A stretch of DNA of 56,511 nucleotides, the filler included, from Squatina squatina (Eukaryota): assembly GCA_031763465.1 (NCBI GenBank). It is 3 parts of 3 records of this genome, joined end to end, with 100 filler letters (N's around TTAATTAATTAA, not from the genome) between each part and the next. Parts side by side here need not be neighbours in the genome. Positions count along the whole stretch, not along the records: positions 1 to 16,430 come from JARFOE010000162.1; positions 16,531 to 32,604 come from JARFOE010000192.1; 1 more part is not named here. One strand, written 5' to 3'. The translations under genes were made by a program, and so were the position numbers. Positions 10,008-21,096 of the stretch are shown one piece after another. The notes beneath the pieces were generated by a model that was not told where the DNA came from, ran no database searches, and worked only from the letters and a program-made list of their open reading frames with translations. The stretch's first letter is position 1, and each line of letters starts with the position of its first letter.

Positions 10008-11294
10008 TCATCTGTATACAGTATAAAATTTACTAGATTTGAAATTGAGCTGGCTGTTTAGGTGGAAACTGTGATTCTTATTCTTGTTGCATAAATCCTG
10101 ATGATAAACAGCCCTGCAATCTTCACAGGAGACCTTAGAACAATTCACACAAGTGAACCTTGCACCAGATTTGTCACAAAATCCACAGCGCAATATGCTA
10201 GTGCCCTTGGAACTGGGTAAGCGCTCTTGATACTGCGGTGTGGTAGAAAATGCACATTTCTCTTTCAGAGCAGAACTTACAGAAAGATCATTTTGAACAG
10301 ATGATGAGCGTGATAAGACACCCACTGCTCTTGGATATTCATGTCTGCAAGGGTAAAGTGTACACTCTCTGGTGTCTCGTTGGCACTGGTTACAAACAAT
10401 CGTGTCACATTTTTGGCAAGTTGAGGTACCACTGGATATTCCACACATTTGGCACTTCAACGTAACTGCGCTAGATGCACTCTCTTTGGTAAGATGTGAA
10501 ATCTCATGGTACACACCTCTTAAGTCATTACTTTTTATCAATCTTGTACTGTGACTATTTGTTGTGTCTATCCATCTCTGTGGTAAAGTGCTTCTAGGAT
10601 CTTCAGCTGTGTAAAGATCCAGTTCATCATCGAGTGCATGGAAAGAAGTGTTAAGATTGGTTTTGGTTTCTGCTCTCCAACTATCAGTGGGAGACTGCAA
10701 GTATTCCTCTGACCCTCCACGTGGGGAACTTGACATAGCAAGAAGGGAAGGTGTAGGACGAAAAATCTCAGTCATGTCCTCAAAAGTGTCACAAACAGCT
10801 TCTTTTTTGCGATGTACAGGTGTCAAATGAACTCTATTTAACTGCTTCTCCATGTGATTTTCATCATCATCTACAGGTGGTGAAGATTTGTACATCAACT
10901 GTTTCATGTAATTGTTCGATACACGTTCACGGTCTGATCTTCGAAAGTCCATTCGAGCCACTGATGTATGCAGGCCTTCCATCAGTCTGCGTTGTCTTTT
11001 CATTGCATCAACGCAACCTCTCAGATCTTCGGTGCTGTTCTTTCGTTCTTCGATCACATTAAGCTCTGAATAACCTTTACCTTTGATTTGTGAACAGATT
11101 TCAAGTAAATTCTCACATTCAATTCCAGCCAAGAAGAGTTCAAAAGACATCAATTTCACGCGGTTAGTGTTTACTTTGTTTTTCAGTTCACACGTTTCCT
11201 TTTCATGGTAATATCCTATATGACGTAGGATATTCCAAATATCATCTTCACACATCGCAGATTTGATATAGTAGACAAAATGCCCCGTAAAGGT
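10008..11294 (-). CDS. SPATA2: Spermatogenesis-associated protein 2 (CYLD-LUBAC adaptor), large terminal coding exon; the N-terminal exon is missing
   Basis: Acceptor TTTCTTTCTGTTCTAG, then TFTGHFVYYIKS...MSFELFLAGIECE...IFRPTPSLLAMSSSP...DLYT...RCGFCDKSGA...VYR*. It is 1287 nt in phase 0 and lies between SLC9A8 and RNF114. Confidence 0.96.
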   Translation of the reverse strand, partial: TFTGHFVYYIKSAMCEDDIWNILRHIGYYHEKETCELKNKVNTNRVKLMSFELFLAGIECENLLEICSQIKGKGYSELNVIEERKNSTEDLRGCVDAMKRQRRLMEGLHTSVARMDFRRSDRERVSNNYMKQLMYKSSPPVDDDENHMEKQLNRVHLTPVHRKKEAVCDTFEDMTEIFRPTPSLLAMSSSPRGGSEEYLQSPTDSWRAETKTNLNTSFHALDDELDLYTAEDPRSTLPQRWIDTTNSHSTRLIKSNDLRGVYHEISHLTKESASSAVTLKCQMCGISSGTSTCQKCDTIVCNQCQRDTRECTLYPCRHEYPRAVGVLSRSSSVQNDLSVSSALKEKCAFSTTPQYQERLPSSKGTSILRCGFCDKSGARFTCVNCSKVSCEDCRAVYHQDLCNKNKNHSFHLNSQLNFKSSKFYTVYR

Positions 11295-11984
11295 CTAGAA
11301 CAGAAAGAAAAGTTGAATGAGTCATGTTCTTAGCATTTCACATATGCTAACTTTCCCTCCTCTTTCATGCAGCTTCCTTTAACTGGGAGGGCAAGTTGTT
11401 ACAACTTGTAAACTCATTAGACAGCCATGAGATTTAAACTTCAACTCATTTGCCAACACAAGGATTCAGTAAAAGTACAACACTCTGCAATGTTATAATT
11501 CAATTATTTTGTTCCATGTTATCAGTAAAACTTTTAAAAAAAATTTTAGGAGGGCATCACAAAGATCTCTTGTCCGCAAAGTATAAATATCGATACCAAA
11601 CAGGAATTCAAAACATTTGACTATGATAATCAGTATGTTCTTAAACAATGAATGGCTAATGAGGCAAGCTCTTAAAAAAAGTTAATCCCAGGAATAATTT
11701 GAGCATAAGGTTTTATAGAACTCCAAAAATATGATCTATGCTCTCTTTCAGCACGTTGCATAACTCTCACCTCATTTCCCCCTTTTGACTACCAACCAGT
11801 AAAATATATCACCAAACATTTGTGTTGGTTTCAATCACGCAATATAATAATGACACCAGTTGACTACATACAAGCCTTCCTGAGCAAAAATTATGAGTAA
11901 TGTTCCATTCAAGACCGGCTTGCTCGTTTGGACTAAGCAGCTTTGAAGTTGAGCTCCTTAGAGATTAGGCAGTATCATTTTGAA

Positions 11985-12270
11985 GAACAACTTGTTCACA
12001 GGAGTATGTAAAACAAAAACAAATTGACACCGAGCCACACAAGGGGGGGGAAATTAGGGCAGAAGACTTAAAGCTAGGTGAAAGAGGTAGGTTTTAAGGA
12101 ATGTCTTAAGGAGGAAAGAGGTGGAGAGATTTAGGGAGGGAGTTCCAGAGCTTAGGCCTAAGCAACAGAAGGCATGGCCACCAATGGTTGAACGATTAAA
12201 ATCAGGGCTGCTCAACTAGGCAGAATTAGAGGGGGGTTGTGGGGTTAGAGGAGATTACAGAGATAGGGAA
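11985..12270 (-). mobile_element. L2-like LINE 3' fragment
   Basis: Purine-rich gggagggagttccagagcttagg reads ..LWNSLP.. on the minus strand, typical of the L2 ORF2 C-terminus. Confidence 0.6.
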
Positions 12271-12329
12271 AAGAAGACAGAGAAAAGTCAGAAGCCAAGA
12301 AAATTAACAGCACGAGAACAGAAGAGACA

Positions 12330-12734
12330 CCATTTTTGGTGTAGAAAACATCCCAAGGTGCTTCAGAGACGGATAAATGAACAGGTGGAAGCCTTTGTGG
12401 GAAGGGGTAGGAGAAGTGACTCATTTGGTGGAAGGGATGCAGTTTGAGAGGGATTTTAAAAAGGTAAAGTGGTATAGGAAGGAGTGGCAGAAAATTGGAC
12501 CAATACAGTCAAAAGCTCTGCCACCATTGGTGAAACAGATGGAAACGGAGATGCACAGAAGGGCAGAATCAGAGGGCACAGGTGGGGACAGAAGGTAAAG
12601 TGTTGCAGAGGCACAGTGGTCGGAGGTTGTGGAGAGATTTGTAGATGAATGCAAGGATTTAAAACTTGATGGGTGTAGTGGGTTAGAGAGCCAGTGTAGG
12701 TAAACAACGATGGTGCAATCACCAAGGAGGACAC
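12330..12734 (-). mobile_element. Older L2-like LINE 3' fragment
   Basis: The minus strand encodes a decayed YLHWL...SFK motif and ends with an aagcaccttgggatgttttctac L2-like tail. Confidence 0.5.
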
Positions 12735-14876
12735 NNNNNNNNNNNNNNNNNNNNNNNNNNNNNNNNNNNNNNNNNNNNNNNNNNNNNNNNNNNNNNNNNN
12801 NNNNNNNNNNNNNNNNNNNNNNNNNNNNNNNNNNTGTAGTCAACTTACACAATTTTGTCTTCTATTTGTGGGAAAAGGCATTTGCAAGACTAATAAAAAA
12901 AAGTCTGTATCGATCAGTCAAAGATACCATAAAAGGCAAATTGTACTCTCAGTATTTCTCACGAAGTGGAGGGAAATCCTGATAAACTTTACTTTTGTTA
13001 ATGTTGCTACTGTTTGAAATTAAATATACTTGAAAAGAGTAAATGCTACAGAAAGTAAAATTTAGTTGTAATATTTAAGATTCAGCGGATTACAGGCAGT
13101 TCATCATCCAACAAACTAAATCATGAAGTGGTAGAAGGTAGCTTTAAGCCTATGATCTCCCATTTGCCAAGTTTTTAATCTCAGCCATATGTCAACATTC
13201 TTAACCTCAGCTACAAGGACTGTAGGAGATGAGTGCACCGTAGGCATCTCCTTACAAGGAATGTGGGATAAGTCACCTTGGGAAGCAATTTCTAGTGGCT
13301 GACTCATGACCAACATGGTCAGAGCCTGCTCGCAGCAGTGGGGAATGATGTATAGAGAAGATGAGGAAAAATAAATTCTAAAATGACAAAATGATAGATT
13401 GGTCGACATTAAATTTCTCATCACACCATTTTATTATACCAACTACTCAGAACTTATTCCTTAAGTAGGGCAATAAGCATCAAATTACTACAAAATTAAT
13501 TTTAAAATTGACAATGGAAAATTACTGCTTTATGCATTTAAATAGTCCTCTACTCTGTTCCTGTGGGGCTGTGCTAATATTTGAAGAACACTGATCTCCC
13601 AAAATTATTTATATAAAAGACAATGGTGGGCAGATTAACTCCACTATATGACCAGCCAGCAGTGTTACTTGATAGTTATTATTTTAGTGAAAGCAACAAA
13701 ATAGACTTGAGCTTTAATTCACAAATCTGTACATATTTCCGAAACAAAGAGTCTCTGATTTTATTTGTATCCATGAGGAATTGTTTGTGTGCGACACAGT
13801 TCACCACAGATTGCCCATGGCTTTCCTGTTATTTTCAGACTGGGAGTAGTTTCTAGATTACAGTCACTGATGCCAGGGAAAGTGATGCGCCTAACTGTAA
13901 CATGAAAGGAAGACAAGTAATTAGAAATTAAACCATGACATATTGTGACATCACAAATCACTACTAGATAAGGCAGAGAAAATGGTAAATAAAAGCAGTT
14001 GAGGATATGCTTTAATCTATTAACTGCTTGTTGCAAAAATCTAATTCTTAAGTGAATATGCATTCATGAAACATTGTATTTATATCAGATAAAATTAACC
14101 AAACCAAAATGAATCATCAGCACAGTACTTTATATATCAGAATAGTAGTTGTAAAAGGTAAAATATTAAACTGGAATGCAAATGCTTACAACTAATTTTT
14201 TTTTTTAAAGTACAAAATGTACTATAAATGGGATTTCCAGAATACTAAGAACAGAAAAATGTTCAATAAACTCGAAAGTAAAGTCAGTTCGGTTTAAAGA
14301 TGACTGTGCTGGTAAAAATCAGCTACGCTATAGGCTCTTTCTATCTGACTTAGTGGAAAACCCAAGCCTATAGTGTCATCATGTTTTCTTTGAGGTGCAC
14401 GTATGCCTGGTTTTCCCAAAAAAAGTCAAGAACATTTTTAAAAATTTGCCGTATGTGCTTCAACTTGCATGTCAATTAAATGGAGTACAAAGATGCCAAT
14501 ATATTTTTATATTACACAAAAACCTCACTCTTGATCAAAACCATTTCTTACTGCAATCTTTACTTCCATAAAAATAAAACTGGTTGCACAAGAGACACAT
14601 GTCGATCAAAGATTGCAAAAAGAAAACAAATTTTCACCTCTGATAAGATATTCAAGTACATCCCACATAACTGTGCTNNNNNNNNNNNNNNNNNNNNNNN
14701 NNNNNNNNNNNNNNNNNNNNNNNNNNNNNNNNNNNNNNNNNNNNNNNNNNNNNNNNNNNNNNNNNNNNNNNNNNNNNAGCTCCTCGGGCGACATCCCAAA
14801 ACCTAGTTATGTATTAAGTGGTAACACCCACCTTACCCCCACGGCCTGATTGACGAAAACAAACACCCACCTTACC

Positions 14877-15405
14877 TGGAAAAAAAAGGGTTGAGAATCG
14901 GATGTGATAGAGAAAAAGTTAAAGAACGTATTTTTAAATCCGCGGTACATATCAAAAGACCATTTTCCATAAAGGAGTGCTACGGTTTCATTTATTTTGC
15001 CACTTTTCACAAATTGACCTCTAGATTATTAGTTGTACAATGTGGTGCGGACCAGATTGCGTTTTACTAAAAAGGTACACTGTCCAATGTCATTGCCTCG
15101 GTTAAAAGCGACGGAGAATGTGGTCACGGACTTAATATTTTAATAAATATAAAGACTAAAAGGAAACTGGACAGTTCTCTTGCAAGTTTGGGTTGAATAA
15201 ATACTGCACCGGAAGTATTTGAGCCTCAATCGGCTGCAGCGGTGAGAGGGAGTAGTCGTGGCCCCCGGGTAAATTGGAGGCGGTGCTGCCTCCTTTAGGC
15301 TGGCTAATTGGCATTGTGCAGTATTGTTTTTTCACCTCTCTGTATTCAGGGTCCCGCCTCCACTTGACGTTATCCATTTGCGGAAACGGACAGATAACAG
15401 CAGAA
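14877..15405. promoter_or_regulatory. CpG-enriched promoter of RNF114, probably shared divergently with SPATA2
   Basis: Local CpG enrichment. ETS site ACCGGAAGT at 15208-15216, CCAAT/ATTGG boxes, GC-box-like CCCGCCTCC at about 15353, and TGACGT at 15365-15370. Minus-strand donor CAG|GTAAG at 14876/14875. Confidence 0.6.
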
Positions 15406-15533
15406 ATGGCGATGAACTGCAAAGAGGACGCGTCACGTCGTAAAGATACAGCAGGGGATGACAAAGAAGCTTTAACTTGCCCTGTTTGCTTAGAAATTTA
15501 TGAAAATCCCATGCGAGTCGAATGTAACCATAT
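15406..15533 (+). CDS. RNF114: E3 ubiquitin ligase RNF114, first coding exon (first half of the C3HC4 RING)
   Basis: GAAATGG Kozak context. Translates MAMNCKED...LTCPVCLEIYENPMRVECNH, then a phase-2 donor GTAAGA at 15534. The head-to-head position next to SPATA2 favours RNF114 over RNF125/138/166. Confidence 0.88.
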
Positions 15534-16430
15534 GTAAGAACCAATTTTGCTGTGATCTCGTTTTTGTTTTTTTCATAACGTCAGAATGCGTAGCCAAAGT
15601 TTTTTTTTTAAACTCATTGAATTATATCTGCCTTTATTATACGACAGAACTCCAATTACAAAGCGACCGTTTTATTTTGTTTAACAAAGATGTTTCAAAC
15701 GAACTATGACAGATTCAGGCGGACGTCGTGAGTGCGCATAATACTCTCGGTTTCGTTTCTATGATACCTGGGTTTGTGAAGGATTTGGGGAACTGTAGTG
15801 CTTTGCTCCTACTCTGATTCATAACGGCTAGTAATATTACTAGAATGATAAGCTGCGCTGCATCCCGATTAAACACTGCAGGTGACAGTTATGACTATAA
15901 TTAAGTGCATTGTAGACTGGACACAAAAAGGAACTAATGTTTTACTGTACTCTTAAAAGGTCTGTACAAATTACTTAATCTGCCCTTTTCTCTGACTGCT
16001 TTACCACATAAGGTCCCAGTGTGATCCTGAAAGCTCGTGACTAACACTTCAATTAATTGCTATATTGTACAAGTGTATGGCTGAACTTCCATAACCAAGA
16101 AAATTACAGTGTCATGTTTCATTTTTCAACAACCACTGCACACCCGGAGACTGCTCATTCTCCTTAACTCCTTGTAAGGAGATGTGCAAGACTGGCCTTG
16201 ATTTACTCACCCTTGGGTGCTTTTTTTCCCCCTTGCACTTGTGCCTTGGGGTGTTTTTCTTGGGATGTTTTTCTATGTGATAGGTGTTATATGAATACAA
16301 GTTATTGTTTATTGTTCTTCAACAATTGCATCACAAACAGATCAACCTCAGCCAATGATCACATCAACATGAACCTGATCTTTCTAGGGCTAGTAAATGT
16401 TTGTGTTGCCATAACATTGTGTCATGGAAC

Positions 16431-16530
16431 NNNNNNNNNNNNNNNNNNNNNNNNNNNNNNNNNNNNNNNNNNNNTTAATTAATTAANNNNNNNNNNNNNN
16501 NNNNNNNNNNNNNNNNNNNNNNNNNNNNNN
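16431..16530. other. Artificial scaffold-joining linker
   Basis: 44 N + TTAATTAATTAA (16475-16486, stops in all six frames) + 44 N. Confidence 0.97.
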
Positions 16531-16979
16531 GACTCCACAGCCCTCTGGGGTAGACAATTCCACAGATTCACTACCCTGTGAGTGAAGACATTTCTCCTCA
16601 TCTCAGTCCTAAATGGCCTACCCCTTATTCTGAGACTGTGACCCCTGATTCTAGACTCCCCACCCAGGGGAAACATCCTCCCTGCATCTACCCTGTCAAG
16701 CCTTGTAAGAATTTTGTATGTTTCAATGAGATCATCTCTCATTCTTTGAAACTCTGGAGAATACAGGCCTAGTCTACTCAATCTCCCCTCATACGACAAT
16801 CCCACCAACCCAGAAATCAGTCTGGTGAACTTTCGTTGCACTCCCTCTATGGCAAGTATATCCTTTTTTGGAAAGGAGACCAAAACTGTACACAACACTC
16901 CAGGTGCGGTCTCACCAAGATAATTGCAGTAAGCCATCTTTACTCCTGTACTCAAATCCTCTTGTGTAATTAAGGCCAC
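16531..16979 (-). mobile_element. CR1 LINE ORF2 C-terminal fragment
   Basis: KKDILAIEGVQRKFTRLI...LSYEGRLSRLGLYS...RGHSLRIRGRPFRTEMRRNVFTHRVVNLWNCLP. Confidence 0.92.
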
Positions 16980-17633
16980 TTGGTGCGAGTGCTCTATTGT
17001 AGGACAATCTGATCGAATTTGCAGCGCACCACCTTAATCATTCCTCTCCCCAATCATTCCTCTCCCCCCTTGTAATCACCACATAGGTAAACTTTTAGTA
17101 CACATACATTGAAGTATACTTTCTGTCACTTTGACCACCTTAGTGACCAGTTTGTACTTTTGATACACGTTCATGATTTAAAGCTAGTTTTACATTGTTT
17201 TTGTGCCATGTAGTGTTAGCAGCTCTGGCTATACGAGTCTCACACAGATGGCAGGGACTTTGAAGGATTCACTAAGGCTGGCTGCTGGAAGACCTGGATA
17301 AAAAAAACTCTTTCTAGCAATTTTTGTGATGGTTTTATTTTTGCAGACACATCAGAGATACCATATGAAAAATTTCTAGGTGTATTTCAGTTAAGACAGC
17401 CTTGGTTAAGATGGAGTCCTTTGAGAGTTCCTTTTCAATAAATCTTTTGGGCTTATGATTCTGATGCATGAAAAAAATAAGTTCGGGGGGCCCAATTGGA
17501 TAGTGCAATGCTGGTAGCACTAGCAGCTGAATTAAGATTGTTTTTGACACAATTTTAGCACTAATGGAAAAAATTGGTGCATTGGTTCCTTTAACAAAAT
17601 CTTTTCAGTGGTGGTGCTAATGGGGCCTAATGG

Positions 17634-17912
17634 TAGGGTGACCAGATGTCCCAGTTTTTGAGGAAGTGTCCCGATGTCCCAACACTTACCTCAAAAGTGC
17701 TCAAATGTCCCAGTTTTGCGCGCCCACTCGACTGCGCATGTGCAGTTCCAGTGAAGAACTGACTGTGCATGCTCAGTTCCACCAGAGACTGGACTGTGCA
17801 TGTATAATTCTGCCGAAGAACAGACGGCGTATGCGCAGTTCCACCAAAGAACGGACTGCGCATGCGCAGTCTGATTATCCCGATTTGGGACTCTTCTGAT
17901 CTGGTCACCCTA
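17634..17912. mobile_element. hAT-like MITE with perfect 14-bp TIRs and an internal 31-bp tandem array
   Basis: TAGGGTGACCAGAT at 17634 and ATCTGGTCACCCTA ending at 17912. Subterminal tgtccc motifs. No clear 8-bp target-site duplication. Confidence 0.8.
17730..17871. repeat. 31-bp minisatellite, about 4.6 units
   Basis: Units start at 17730, 17761, 17792, 17823 and 17854. Approximate consensus GACTGYGCATGCGCAGTTCCRCCRAAGAACN. Confidence 0.85.
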
Positions 17913-19496
17913 CCCTACATTGCAAACAGTGAATTGTGTCTTAAGTTTCAGACAGGTTTGGAGTACCAATTTACACTGGCTCTTCCAAACCAATTCTTCC
18001 TTCCTTGTTCTGAAGCTGGTTTTCAAGCTGGATGAAGTCCTTACTTCATGATGTCATAAGGCTGCCTATGATAGGAAAGAAGAGTTTGGAACCCCAGAGT
18101 ACTGAAAAATACATTTACAGTGTGGTCAGCGACCTGGCAGTTTGGGTTTGAAAGCCAATTGTTGGAGGTTTCACTTTTCAGTTCAAGTGCAATCAAGGGT
18201 ATGAACATTTATCTGTCTGTAGCTTTACACTCCAACTTTAGCATTGCAGTGAAACAGCAAAGCTGGTATATGAATGTACCTTTAATCAGTGCCAACAAAT
18301 GGATTGGACATATGATGATACCAATTCACCAGATGCATTCTAAACCAAGGTCAGAATTTGAGTAAATTCAATGTATATTCGGCCTGAGAAACAAGATGCA
18401 AAATCAAAAATAATAGGCTATTTTCATTATCTACATGACTTTATACTGTTTTGTAAAGTCCACTTAATTTTTTATATCTGCTGACCTAATTTGCTATAGA
18501 GTTCACAGCAAAGATTCAATAATCACAGATAATCTATATTTATTTTAATTTATGCTTAGTAAAATCATTTTTGGTGACATACAAATGCTATATATCAGTG
18601 CCCATCAGACATATTGCTTGTGACTACTGTCTTGAAGCCTGAACAGCATTCACACCTCTCCAATACAGGTATGAATACAATTTCAAGCTTAATCTTGTAG
18701 TAGTACATTTTATCATTTTATTTTCGTGTCAATTTTTTTATTATGAGCATTTTACACTGGCAACATTGACCAGGTATGACTCATTTCTGTTTTAGCATTG
18801 GTATACAGTTGCAAATATAGCTGAAATACTAATAGCATTGCATATAATTGAATGAAGAAAATTAACATTGCTACAGATCAGCTGCAAGTTCATAACAAAT
18901 GAAAATTTGCAGCTGTAGTGTAAGTGGGACTACTGTGATGCAAATGAGACTGGTGTAAATAACAGTAGTCTGATTCTCATCCCCAGTCATTTCCTGCTGT
19001 ATGGAAACCTGCACTGCATGCATTGGACTGACGGTCTGACTCTATCCAGTGTATAAAGTGGAAGGGGCAGAAGTAAGACTAAATGCAGAGAAATTGCTAT
19101 CAGTTTGGATCTACTTGATTTGAAATAATCATTTGTTGTAAATGGAGCTTAAGGAAGAACTCTGCTAATTTTATGTCAGTTGAAAAGATTACTTACTTTC
19201 CTGTCTGTCCTTCGTGCCAGTCTTGTTCCCTGTTGTGCTGTTGTAGAGGAAAATCATTTGTAATTATGTGCAATTTCAGCACTAGGAGAGTAACATCATG
19301 GTTCTTTTGTACAAAAAATTGTGGGTCCTGTGACAAGCTGGACAGCCTCCTGCTGTAGCCACAATTTTTAAATGTTCGAATTGTTTACAGTGGTGTGTGA
19401 CCGTGTCACAATATAATATAGAAACTGAGGTAATACAATGCTGAAAACAATCACTAAAATGTTGAATTTTTCCCTGGAGTAGGAGTCTGAAATTTA

Positions 19497-20098
19497 TGCG
19501 GGAATTTTAACTCCGAGCACGAAGCCTGCGTGAGGTGCAGGCTGGTCGATTGGGAGCTGTTGTGGGAGGCCTGGTCCATTTTAACGAGCAGGCCTCATTA
19601 GCATCCCGCCAGCCAGCTGCAAGCCGAAAATGAGCGGATAAGGATGACTCGCCAGCTTTGGGTAGGTCAAAATCGTGGGGCCCGGAGGCTGCCCTCGAGC
19701 ACCAAGGTATGTTGCGGCAGGGTGGAATGAGTGGTTGTGGTTACAATTCCGGAGCCCCCGACCCCCACCCTCCTCCCCGCCTACCGTAGTCTCCAGTAAA
19801 TATAACAGAAATTAAATATGCAATCTGTTCCACGAGCTGGTTAAACCATTGCAATCTAGCATTTAACAATCTGCAACTGGAATAGATGTGGCTGCCAAAA
19901 TACGGAGGGAGAGGGGGATAATTTTCACTTTCGGTGACGGCAAAAGAACTGGCAATAGCAGATCGCTGCCCATTATACACCTGCTCGATTCGTCTTTCTA
20001 TTGATTTCAACGAAAAGGAAAATCAGGCGGAGCGCACAACAGGCAGTCAATCTGCTGCTGCCAACTTCCTGCCACCCCTGAAAGTGAAAATCAGCCCC
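19497..20098. mobile_element. GC-rich non-autonomous TIR-type repeat(s)
   Basis: GC-rich block from gcgggaattttaac to gtgaaaatcagcccc. Possibly two fused fragments. Confidence 0.4.
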
Positions 20099-20851
20099 AG
20101 GATAACCTGGAAAGTTATACTCATGCTCTTCTCAACATAACAAAAGCTGACAGAACTGCCTGCACTTCAACTATCTGTTTCAGAAGATCTAGACGTTGAC
20201 AATATCCAGTGAGTTAGCAATGGGCACCCACTCGCTAGTGACACAAACTATCCATTACCATTACCTCTGAAGAGTCAAGATTGTTCTTCCAGTGATCTAC
20301 TGACGTGGGCCTCAGGGCCAATGCTGCAGCACCATAAGATGTCAACACTGGTCAACTGGAAGAAGTGTCACTGCATTGATATCTAAGACTTTTACAATTA
20401 TCAGACCCATCTCTACTGAACTACTGTACGGGGCCACAATACAGATCAAAATAGGTTCCACTGTTGCGACATTGGTATTTCTGTGTATGGTACTTGATGT
20501 TGAACGAAAAATAGATGATGCTGCAGGCTTAATTCTGAGGGAGCAGATTGAAGTCAATACTATGAATCCACAAAGTCACTTTAGAATAGTTCATCAGCTT
20601 TCCCTTGAGGAAGAAGGAAGATGAAGATCATTAGCTTACTTTTCAGGTATCAATNNNNNNNNNNNNNNNNNNNNNNNNNNNNNNNNNNNNNNNNNNNNNN
20701 NNNNNNNNNNNNNNNNNNNNNNNNNNNNNNNNNNNNNNNNNNNNNNNNNNNNNNTCTTGACATAACGTTTATACCTGTAAAAAAAAGCAGCTCTCATGTG
20801 GAGAACTTTCTCCCAGTGGACATGCTAGCACTACTTTTTCAGATTCCACTG

Positions 20852-20931
20852 ATGGGCAATTCAATGGCCATGGACAGTGATCAATAATAATGGACAATTC
20901 AATGGCCACGGACAGTGATCAATAATAATGG
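20852..20931. repeat. 38-bp tandem duplication
   Basis: atgg[g/a]caattcaatggcca[t/c]ggacagtgatcaataata occurs twice with 2 mismatches. Confidence 0.9.
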
Positions 20932-20956
20932 TTTATAACACTGATGAACTTTAGTC

Positions 20957-21096
20957 CCGGTTTTAAGCTATCGGGTACAGCGTGAACGAGATGTGTTCGG
21001 GTCGGACACCCAATTTCCATGCCATCCAAATTTTGGCTCCATTGAAGTCGAACAAATGCGCCGTGATTTCATCAGACACGTTTGGTTAAAATCAGG
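20957..21096. mobile_element. Short MITE-like element
   Basis: Imperfect inverted ends cccggttttaagc and ggttaaaatcaggg around a CpG-rich interior. Confidence 0.45.

Noticed and set aside
16475-16486. TTAATTAATTAA as a biological motif
   Set aside because: It is embedded symmetrically in N runs and repeated identically at 32649, so it is a synthetic linker.
17730-17871. CRISPR-like array
   Set aside because: The whole 31-bp unit is repeated with no unique spacers, it lies inside a TIR element in vertebrate DNA, and there are no cas genes.
20140-20624. Decayed Harbinger-like transposase
   Set aside because: The resemblance is only faint and cannot be supported without a profile search.
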